Part shown: positions 1 through 8,956 of the stretch, in pieces
Position numbering within the stretch: position 1 is the stretch's first letter
Layout: each line of letters starts with the position of its first letter
Assembly (NCBI GenBank): GCA_047495785.1
Contig: JBLDXI010000025.1
Location: 1,240,001-1,304,000 of the forward strand
DNA from: Lepidodermella squamata
Taxonomy: Eukaryota; Animalia; Gastrotricha
Length of the DNA: 64,000 nucleotides
Direction: 5' to 3'
Made by a program: the position numbers and the translations under genes
The notes under the pieces: model-generated
What the model was told of the DNA's origin: nothing
What the model saw: the letters and a program-made list of their open reading frames with translations, nothing else
Database searches by the model: none

Positions 1-565
1 GCCAATGCCTTCACCACGGCTCTTAAAACAGGCACTTTCATCTTGTTGCAAGCTCTAACATAAGCCTTGAGTAGAGCCAGTACGTCCTTGTCAGTTACAG
101 TAATGTTGCCAGTGTACTTTTTGATCAGCGCCTCAACTTCCGCAGTACGACTTCGCCTCTTGTAAATGCTAGATTTCGCTAGCTTGATCTCTTCCTCCAT
201 ATCTGTGCTGTCGTCGTCTTCGAAAGTTTCCTTTACTGGAGTCGTTGATTCTATTTCTTGCGGCTCTTCCTTCGCTTCCGGTTCCTTCTCTTCATGAGCT
301 TCTTCATCACTGCTATCCCCGAGAACATTACGCTTCTGACGGGTCCTTTGAAGTAGCCGCATGAAAGGACCCCGGTATTGCAGCAGACGAGTGAAGCGGT
401 CGAAGCGGGGCCGGAAGGGCCAGATATCCGAAATAGGCGCAAAGTTGGTTCGCTGCTCGGCGCAAGCATTTGTCTGCTGCTGCACCCACCATTCGTCGAC
501 TTCCGGCTCCTGATCCTCCTCATCACCCTCCTTCTTCTCGCCATCATCTCCAAGAGGATCTTCGC
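1..565 (-). CDS. Partial coding exon of an acidic protein running off the left edge; product uncertain (last segment weakly recalls the helix preceding LRRs in LRRC74-type proteins)
   Basis: Stop-free minus frame of ~188 codons (EDPLGDDGEKKEGDEED...LLKAYVRACNKMKVPVLRAVVKAL) starting after a ttttag acceptor at 566-571; not listed in the ORF track because it has no stop in the window. Confidence 0.55.
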
Positions 566-1104
566 CTAAAATATCGTCGGTAATCATACTTTTTCGAAAT
601 TATGCTGAAAACACATGCTACGGGCTACTGGGCAGTTTCGGGCTAGCTTTATTACCTGATGTGATTTAGGTCTCCATGGTTGCATAAGACATTTGCGTGA
701 TCAGTGATTGTTTAACCGTATGTAATATTTGTGTTTACTCCCGAAATATCTCAATAATATTATATTGAGCGCAGTTTTTCAGATGCGTGACGTCAGCAAT
801 CAGCCATGCAACAAGCGACATACGATATTTTTCTAAGATATGGGTTCGAATGATGGGCTCAAAATTCATATAAAAAGCATTAGCGACTAATTTGGACTCT
901 TTCGGAAATTTTGGCGTTAGCTTGCATCTCATATTTTCGGATCGCGCACGTCATAGATGCGAAAAAGGGAAATGGCACGTTATTGATAATTAGTGAACAA
1001 ATATAGCCACCGGGCTAATTCGAGTAACGGAATACGCTTGGAACTATATAAGCACGTTAAGGATTGATTATTCGTGTAAGAAAATTCCTGTAATCAAAAA
1101 GTAA

Positions 1105-3543
1105 ATGAAAAATCCGTGCGCCATGATAATTTTCATTCTTTGGGCAGTTATCCATTCCACCAATGCGGCCATTCAAAAGCCGTATCGACTGAATCTGCCG
1201 CAAATTTTCCTCCTTTCCGCCGCTACGCCTGATTACGGAACTTCCTGTAAAGCTTCGTCTGAGATGGTCGTAGATATGTACAACAACCGAAGCGACTTAC
1301 TCCCGGACTACCATGTCGTCTCGAAGTTTACCGATGAACAGCAAGGAACACTGACGGCTCGTCGAGTTGCGGAATACATTCGTTCTTTGGAGGAAACCGA
1401 AGAAGGTAACTACAACTCACCTCTAATCCTTGGCGGGGCTTACTCCGGCGGCATAACTCGAGCTGTTCCGATGCTGAAACCAATGAATTTGATCGAACTG
1501 TGTTTCACATGCAGCGCTCCTTACCTGGCTGATCACTCGAAATACCCAAACTTGTGGCTGATGTTCGCTGGTGCAGACGTAATGGCTATGTCGATGGTTA
1601 AATTCACTGGGCAGGTCGGTAAATGGAAGCGGCTAGGAATCCTTACAACCCCGACTAATCCTTACGACTACGTAACAGCTTTTTGGATCCAGAAAATCGC
1701 ACTGGAAAGCAAAATCGAAGTCCCTGTCTATAACATTCGGCTAGACTTCGGGGACGATGCAGTCAAGTCGTTACTCGATCAGGACGTAAGGATTGCGGTG
1801 ATTCTCACCACTGATATCGACGCAGCTTGGCAATTCTTCTGCGCAGCTCATCGACTTGGAATGACAGGGGACAAGTACGTCTTCATGTTCGATCTAACAA
1901 TCTTCGTAGAGCCATCCCTAGTCCCAGAACAAGTTTTACCCGGTTGCCCACGTCAGTTCATCCTGGATCAATATGCGATATCATTCTGGGTTCTGCCAGC
2001 TCTCTACAGCATGAATCCGCAAGGGAGAAGTGAACTGGGTTACAATGCCTACGAGTTCGATACTATGCTTGCGAGTTACATGGCTGAAAGAAAGATGCCA
2101 GTCTCCGCAGACTATGAATTCCGATTCGTATGCCATGATACGGCCCTCAAAGCTCTGTACGCACTCGATGATGCTGATAGAAAGTTGAAGAAGCAAGGAC
2201 TGAGTCTTCGTGACTATAAGAGATTGCCTGAGGTAGTCGCGAAAGCTGTTAACAGCTCTCTAGCAACAAATCTAGTCCAAGGGCTGAGAATCGGGCCGAT
2301 GAAGTACAGCGCTAGGGGCCAGACTGACGATGAACCTCAGGTTATAGTCTATTACGATGGTAAACAGTTGGTGCAGAGTTTCGTCCAGAAAATGTACTTC
2401 AACGCGACGAAATTTGTGTATGACTCATTCTATCTCAGCGAGATGGCTCCATTTAAATGGCCCGGTTGGCATGGTAGAATTCCGAGGGACTCGACAATTT
2501 CAAAAACTGAAATCTCCGAAGTTTCAAACGAAATTTTCAAAGCTGTTGTAATCATTTCTATTCTGCTGTCTATTTTCTGCACTGCTGGTTTGATTTTTAC
2601 TGGGTATAATGTTTGGAGGTCAAACCGAGGGGTTTTACTCACATTGCCATTTTCGAAAATACTTGGCTATGTATCTTGCATTATGCTCAACGGAACCGCT
2701 GTTGCTTATGCAGCTAACACAAACCAAAAGTATTATCTGATGTCTGTTGTAAGATTAAGCTTGCTGGTCTTGAGTTTGTCTCTCTTAATTGGAATGATCT
2801 CAATGAGGGCTATCATTTACTCAAGAATGATCGATCAGCTCACATATGTTGCCCCTAGAGGTGTATCACGAGTTCTATCCAGCGGCAGGCCGTCGTCTCA
2901 TCTTTCGACTAATTCAGCCCGTAGAGAACTGACAACGGCATCAGCTAGAACCCTGGATCTCTACTCATCTATTTGGGGCTTGGCTTTTTACGGCGTAAAC
3001 ATCCTTATCCTGGTCATATGGCTTACTGCTGACAAATTAGCTTGCTCGATGGTTCAGATCAATAACGGGCCGGTGTATCAGCCTGAGACTGACACGTTCT
3101 TGCTCACTGTGGTCGGTTCCTGCACTTCGACTAATCATACAGCTTGGGTTGTGGCTTTAGCTTTACTACAGCTGCTTCTTCTCGCCGTTGCTGGATTGTC
3201 GTTCTATCAGTTCAAAACACAGAAGCTGAGAATCCGAGGCGTTAGCGGGTTGTTTGATCTGTCGCTTTGTGTCGCGAATTCATCGACAATTTTATTGGGG
3301 GTGATACTTATAGTTTTGGTAATTCGAGACCCAGTTAGTCAGCAAGTTGTTGTTGCATTCGTGAGTCTCACGCTATCAGCTGTTTCAAATGTTACATGGT
3401 TAATTCCCCATTTGCGAACGATCAAAATAAGAATTCGCATCGTGTCAAATAGTACTGCACTGCCCGACTTGCAGCTAGCGCATATTCAAAGCTCGAGAAA
3501 TCGGGAGAGTGCCTCTCGCACGAACTCTTCTGCGGGGCAGTAG
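1105..3543 (+). CDS. Class C GPCR, GABA-B-like (VFT + 7TM), single exon
   Basis: 812 aa; signal peptide, D(L/I)LPDY, SPLILG, LADxxxYPN motifs of ANF/Venus flytrap domain, seven hydrophobic segments, no Cys-rich domain. Confidence 0.9.
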   Translation: MKNPCAMIIFILWAVIHSTNAAIQKPYRLNLPQIFLLSAATPDYGTSCKASSEMVVDMYNNRSDLLPDYHVVSKFTDEQQGTLTARRVAEYIRSLEETEEGNYNSPLILGGAYSGGITRAVPMLKPMNLIELCFTCSAPYLADHSKYPNLWLMFAGADVMAMSMVKFTGQVGKWKRLGILTTPTNPYDYVTAFWIQKIALESKIEVPVYNIRLDFGDDAVKSLLDQDVRIAVILTTDIDAAWQFFCAAHRLGMTGDKYVFMFDLTIFVEPSLVPEQVLPGCPRQFILDQYAISFWVLPALYSMNPQGRSELGYNAYEFDTMLASYMAERKMPVSADYEFRFVCHDTALKALYALDDADRKLKKQGLSLRDYKRLPEVVAKAVNSSLATNLVQGLRIGPMKYSARGQTDDEPQVIVYYDGKQLVQSFVQKMYFNATKFVYDSFYLSEMAPFKWPGWHGRIPRDSTISKTEISEVSNEIFKAVVIISILLSIFCTAGLIFTGYNVWRSNRGVLLTLPFSKILGYVSCIMLNGTAVAYAANTNQKYYLMSVVRLSLLVLSLSLLIGMISMRAIIYSRMIDQLTYVAPRGVSRVLSSGRPSSHLSTNSARRELTTASARTLDLYSSIWGLAFYGVNILILVIWLTADKLACSMVQINNGPVYQPETDTFLLTVVGSCTSTNHTAWVVALALLQLLLLAVAGLSFYQFKTQKLRIRGVSGLFDLSLCVANSSTILLGVILIVLVIRDPVSQQVVVAFVSLTLSAVSNVTWLIPHLRTIKIRIRIVSNSTALPDLQLAHIQSSRNRESASRTNSSAGQ

Positions 3544-4366
3544 ACTAATGTTAACGTGATACAAGTACATAAATATCAGGTTTACATGTTTTACGTCTGA
3601 ATCTGATATCGATTATAATTATAATTCCCTAATCGATACGATAATATCACTGAATAAATCATTCTAGTAACGAAAGGTCAACGTGCGACGGTCATACAGG
3701 GCTCAGGAAGAACCTTGGTGCAACTTCCACAGCGAAAGAAATTCCTAGACGGCTATTGAATCAATCAATACAGCATACCGTTGTTTGGGACGAGTTGGGC
3801 AGTGAAAAAAAATTACCCCCTTATTTTATTGCATATTTACACGTTTCCAAGGGTCCTGATTCCGAAAATTCATGTATCTCAATTCGCCCCAGGTATGTGG
3901 CAAATTGGGCAGGTGTTTTGGGGCGAATTGGGCAGCTTAATCTTTATAAATTGCTAATGAATAAAAGTATCTTGCGATTGTTGAGTGGTCGATTTCTGGC
4001 TTTCCTCCAGACTGTCCTAAGTGGTCGGAGGACGTTTAAAAGGTTTCCATAATTAAATAGACTAATTAAACCAAAATACCAATTCGCCCCCATATATGAT
4101 TTTTCCATGGGGCAATTTGGGCGCAATTACCTGGCCATACCTGTGCATCGCCTCGAGTCGCAGTTTTCTCCCCTGATATCACCAAAGGAAATGGTCGAGG
4201 GAAAAAATGTCATCTGAACTCAAAGCCTTTCGATTGGTTACAGATAATTCAATTCATATGGTTCGTTTTTACCCGCCTAAACTTACTGGCTTACCGCCTA
4301 AATACTGGCTTGCCGTGGCCTCATTCTGGGACATAACTGGCGATTACTGGCATTTTTACAGATGTA

Positions 4367-4926
4367 CATTATACTCCCGTTTTGCAGGTCAAAGGTCACA
4401 CGTGCACACGTGATCAAAACGTGTGATCAAAACACTAAACTTTTAGGTTGTTGCTAGTGTGGAAGTTTCGTCATTTCGTCATTTCGTCATTTCGTCACCA
4501 TGAAAAAAAATATAAAAAAAATGTTATGAGCTGGAGTCGAACTATCAACCTCTGGATTCCTGAGCTATAGCTTGAACCACTAAGCCACACAGGAGACACA
4601 TAGGAACCGTCTGAGAATCAATTGTTATAGGCCACAGTTAAAGCTTACTTTAACAAGATAGATGCGAACGATTTTAAGACAACTTGCTTGCTTAGTGGTT
4701 CCAGCACTAGCACTCGAAACCAGAGGTTGATAGTTCGACTCCAGCTCATATCATTTATTTTTATTTTTTCGGTCTTTTGGAAGTTTTTAAAAGTGACGAA
4801 TTGACGAAATGACGAAACCACCACCAACTTAACAACAAGCAACAACTTTAAAGTTTAGTGTTTTGATCACACGTTTTGATCACGTGTGCACGTGTGATCT
4901 TTGACCTGCAAAACGGGAGTATAATG
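4367..4926. mobile_element. Foldback/MITE-like element with long imperfect TIRs and TA target duplication, carrying two tRNA-like cassettes
   Basis: ta|CATTATACTCCCGTTTTGCAGGTCAAAG... and ...CTTTGACCTGCAAAACGGGAGTATAATG|ta; inverted similarity extends ~230 bp inward, including TTTCGTCA repeats. Confidence 0.85.
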
Positions 4927-5163
4927 TACTCCCCTTAGTAAGGGGCCTGTTGAAGATCATCTGCACACATTTTTTCAGAGATCTGACTTACAGTCTATGA
5001 GCTATTAAAAGTAATGTGATGACATCAATTCGGCCAAATCGCCCCGAGTGCCCATTTCACTCCAAACGACGGTAGAGCTAATACGGCGTGCATTGCATTT
5101 TCCTGGTCGATTCTGGCATTTACTGATCACTCATGCCTCATGCTATTCTGCGGTGTGTTTTAT

Positions 5164-5391
5164 AGTCCGGCCTGAAAGAGGTTCAGTTGGTTCGACTATT
5201 TTTCGAACAATCAGAAACCGTCATGTGCCGCACGTGCCGTGAAAACGGTGAAGACCGAGAAGACCGCGTTGCCAAAATATCAAGTGAAAGGGCTAGTTCA
5301 CGTGAATTCAATTGAAAATACCTAAAATAATATAATAATAAAATCGGTAAAACTAGTAGTCGAACCAACTGAACCTCTTTCAGACCGGACT
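5164..5391. mobile_element. Small MITE-like inverted-repeat element
   Basis: AGTCCGGCCTGAAAGAGGTTCAGTTGGTTCGACTA vs TAGTCGAACCAACTGAACCTCTTTCAGACCGGACT (~35-bp TIR, 1 mismatch); AT-rich flanks, no clean TSD. Confidence 0.7.
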
Positions 5392-6042
5392 TAAAAGCAC
5401 AGCCCTGGTCTGAAGTTATCGGCTTTAGCAACCACAGGTTTTACCACCAGTAATGAAAGGCATGGTTTCAAACATGGTATCTTGTTGATGTTTTTAGTGG
5501 CGCGGCAATGAGTAGACAAAATATGCATGAGAACAGTCTTCATGACCGTCCAAATTTCAGTGTTCAACGAGTAGCAAACTTTCATCAATACATAACTGAT
5601 CGCCTTAACGGTTAACCTCACTCTTTCGACACCCCTTTACTTTCGCAGCGAATTTCACAATTGTCGTACTGAGCAACCCAATTAGCAGCCAATTGACTGG
5701 CTCGACTGCTAGTCGTATGCTTTCGATGGCTACTAGTTCGTTACTCATCTGGCGCTGCCTATCTATATTCGAGCGCATCGCAAGTATATGTTTACCAATT
5801 GAAGATTTTCTTGTCGAAAAAGCTAGTAATATTCATCCTCTAGCAAAGGATGATATTATAACGAGCTATAAATTATATCAGATCGTGCTGCAAGCCCACG
5901 GGATATGACGGACGTTTTTGTTCAAAATCGTGACGAAGTTGCGTTTGGGCTAATTTTAAGCTCTAAGTCAGACAAGTGGACGATTGTTCACACTTGTTAT
6001 TTCCCTTGCATAGATTGCTCAAAGTGATTTTTGTACACGAAA

Positions 6043-8457
6043 ATGATACAATTCCTGTTCTTCGCAAGCTTGTTGTCACCTTCGACTACCAACGTTATCT
6101 CCAAGCCTTACAACATGACCCTCCTACAAATCTACCTCTTTTCTGGTATAACACCGGGTCATGGCGACTCCTGTCGAGCTACAGGGGAGTTGGTTATTGA
6201 CATCGTAAATAAGCGGCAGGATATTCTGTCTGACTACAACATTCAGTCGATTTTCGAGGACGAAATGCTTGGCAGGAATACAGCAAGAGTCGTAGCTTTG
6301 TACGCGAGGTCAATGGAAGACTCCAATGATTTAACCTCGTTCCATTCCCCACTCATCCTCGGCAGTGCATTTTCATCAGGAATAACTAAAAGCGCCCCTC
6401 TGTTCAAACCGCTGAATCTTGTTCAGATGTGCTACACATGCAGCGCTCCTTACCTAGCCGACCGTAGACGTTATCCTAACCTCTGGCAGACAATGGCTGG
6501 TGGTGATGTATTCGCTATGTCAATGATCAAGTTTGTAAAGCAGGTAGGAAACTGGAGGAGAATCGGAATCTTGACTACCCCGACAAATCCCTACGACTAC
6601 ACAACAGCTTCGTGGATTCTGAAAATAGCATTGGACAGCAACATTTCGGTGCCAGTTTACAACATCCGATTAGATTTTGGTGATGAAGCGGTTGATTCGT
6701 TGATTGAACAAGATATTAGGATCGTTGTATTCATGACCACTGAAACTGATTCAGCATGGGAATTCTTTTGTTCTGCTTATAATCGAGGAATGACAGGGCC
6801 AAGATACGTCTTTCTGTTTGATTTAACAGTCTACATAGACTCAAGTTTGTTGCCTGATGATCCGTTACCCCGCTGCTCGAAGCGAGTGATAACGGAGCAA
6901 TATAAAATATCAATCTGGTTTATGTCTGCGATTTACAATCTCAATCCTAGGGAAAAGTCGGAGTTAGGCTATGACTCCATGGAATTCGATTCTATGCTCG
7001 ATACTTACATGGCAGAGAGAAACATCTCAAGGTCCCAGGAGTATGAACTTCGAATGATTTGCCACGACGCGACCCTCAAAGCACTCTACGCACTCGATGT
7101 TACTGATAAGAAACTCAAAGAAAAAGGGCTTTCTTTGCGAGATTATCGATCTTATCCTGAGTTGGTGGCTAAAACCTTGAATGAAACTGTTGCGACTTCT
7201 ATTGTGAACGGCCTGCGAATAGGGCAGATGCAGTATAGTGATCGGGGGCAAGTTGATGATGACTTACTAGTAGCTTTGTATCTGGATCCAAAACTAGGAC
7301 TAACAAACTATTTCGTCCAAAGGAGATACAAAAATTCGTCAACTTTCAAATCGGAGTCCTTCTATTTCAATGAATTAATTCCTTTCAAATGGCTAGGTTG
7401 GAATGGGAAATCCCCAAGATATTCCCGAGGATATAAAAGAATGATATCAGAGGTCCCTTCTGATGTATTTATCGCGATTGCCACGCTTGCTGGACTTCTT
7501 TCTGCAGTCAACTTAGGCTCTTTGATAGCTCTAGCTCTGAAGCATGCGACTGATTATTCAACAATTTCAAGAACTCTTCCCTTTTCCAAATCAGCCGGAC
7601 TTTTCGCATGTTCTATCGTTTATGCCGCTGCAATTGCTTTCGCCTCGAATGGAGATGGCCGATATCACTTGATTTCGACTCTCAGGACAGTTTTACTGGT
7701 AACAGGCGGAAGCCTCGTGACTGGAATATGCGCATTCAGAGCTATTTTTCTATCAAGAATCGCTTCTAAAATAATTTCGACTCGAGGATCTTCTATTTAC
7801 CACAACAATCGAAGATCAACTAGTATTTCACTCGTACCACGACGAGAAATCCCTGTTGATCTTTCGAAACGTTACGACGTATTGTCTATCATCTCTGCTT
7901 TGACTTTCTGCGCATTGAATGGTCTAGTTTTAGTCGTGTGGTTCACTTCAGACCCTTTGCGATGTTCCGTTGAGCTGGTTAAAGGAGGCTTGTACTACCA
8001 TCCCGATTCAGACACTGAATTTACAACTCTTTTTTATTACTGCGCTTCAAAACATCAACCAGCATGGATCTCCGCCATAATCGTGGCCAATCTAAGCCTG
8101 TTATGCTGCGGTTCAATGTCTTTTTATCGACTGAAAAAGAGGCGGATTGCTTACATCAAATTCGATGGTATTGTCGATATACCGATCAATTTAGTCCTTT
8201 CGACATCTGGTCTGACATCCTCGATTCTCATAGCAATGGTGATGAGTGATCCGATAAATCAACAACTAGTCGTTTCAGCTAGCTGTCTGATCATTTCTGC
8301 TGCGACATCTGCTTTATGGCTGGTAACCTTTTACCGACCGAGTAGCAAGAGTGGCGTTTACGAACGTCGGAATAGTTCGATCGCAGACTGTGATGCAGTC
8401 ACTCCCAATTTTAGATTGTCTGTCTATCAATCTCAAATCGCTCCACAGCGAGCATGA
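6043..8457 (+). CDS. Class C GPCR, GABA-B-like, single exon
   Basis: ORF 6031-8457, probable ATG 6043 (MIQFLFF signal peptide); colinear paralog of 1105-3543. Confidence 0.9.
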   Translation: MIQFLFFASLLSPSTTNVISKPYNMTLLQIYLFSGITPGHGDSCRATGELVIDIVNKRQDILSDYNIQSIFEDEMLGRNTARVVALYARSMEDSNDLTSFHSPLILGSAFSSGITKSAPLFKPLNLVQMCYTCSAPYLADRRRYPNLWQTMAGGDVFAMSMIKFVKQVGNWRRIGILTTPTNPYDYTTASWILKIALDSNISVPVYNIRLDFGDEAVDSLIEQDIRIVVFMTTETDSAWEFFCSAYNRGMTGPRYVFLFDLTVYIDSSLLPDDPLPRCSKRVITEQYKISIWFMSAIYNLNPREKSELGYDSMEFDSMLDTYMAERNISRSQEYELRMICHDATLKALYALDVTDKKLKEKGLSLRDYRSYPELVAKTLNETVATSIVNGLRIGQMQYSDRGQVDDDLLVALYLDPKLGLTNYFVQRRYKNSSTFKSESFYFNELIPFKWLGWNGKSPRYSRGYKRMISEVPSDVFIAIATLAGLLSAVNLGSLIALALKHATDYSTISRTLPFSKSAGLFACSIVYAAAIAFASNGDGRYHLISTLRTVLLVTGGSLVTGICAFRAIFLSRIASKIISTRGSSIYHNNRRSTSISLVPRREIPVDLSKRYDVLSIISALTFCALNGLVLVVWFTSDPLRCSVELVKGGLYYHPDSDTEFTTLFYYCASKHQPAWISAIIVANLSLLCCGSMSFYRLKKRRIAYIKFDGIVDIPINLVLSTSGLTSSILIAMVMSDPINQQLVVSASCLIISAATSALWLVTFYRPSSKSGVYERRNSSIADCDAVTPNFRLSVYQSQIAPQRA

Positions 8458-8956
8458 ATTTACAAGAAAGAAGCAAGTGATGATTTCTATAAATAAGCAA
8501 ATTTAACCTATGTAGTTGGCCGTACCCTGTCGGACATTTTTCAGAATAATTTAGACTACATCGTCGAACGTTATTCCTGAAAGTACGCGCACGAGCTCTT
8601 AAGCGAATGAGAGAAGCATGACCTCGCAAGATTTTTAATTTTTTATATGTTGTCGGAGCATCCTAACTTATTCAGTGTTAAGATATCGGATTTTGGCTCG
8701 CCTCGCAGGCGGAAATCGGCTGAGTAGTCAAATGAAAAGGCGCAAGTCTCTTTTCATTTCCGGCGCCGTAGCACATCATATGCACCCTGTTGAATTAAGC
8801 TCGTAAAAATAGACTAGGTAAAAGTTTTCCTGCAAATCGAACACCTACAATTACTCTTATGATCAACAGATGGTCAGACTATAAGTCTTAAATTGGGCTC
8901 TACTTAACCATCCTAAGGTCCGCCAAGAGTTTTTTGCTTTATCGTTTCCTTTAAAC

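Noticed and set aside
251-569. ORF-track ORFs 251-553 (-) and 378-569 (+)
   Set aside because: Alternative frames of the longer acidic minus-strand exon that runs off the window
3890-4143. Possible MITE with CAGGTATG ends and scattered GGGCRAATT/AATTCGCCC motifs
   Set aside because: Only ~8-bp terminal match and no TSD; cannot be supported without copy search
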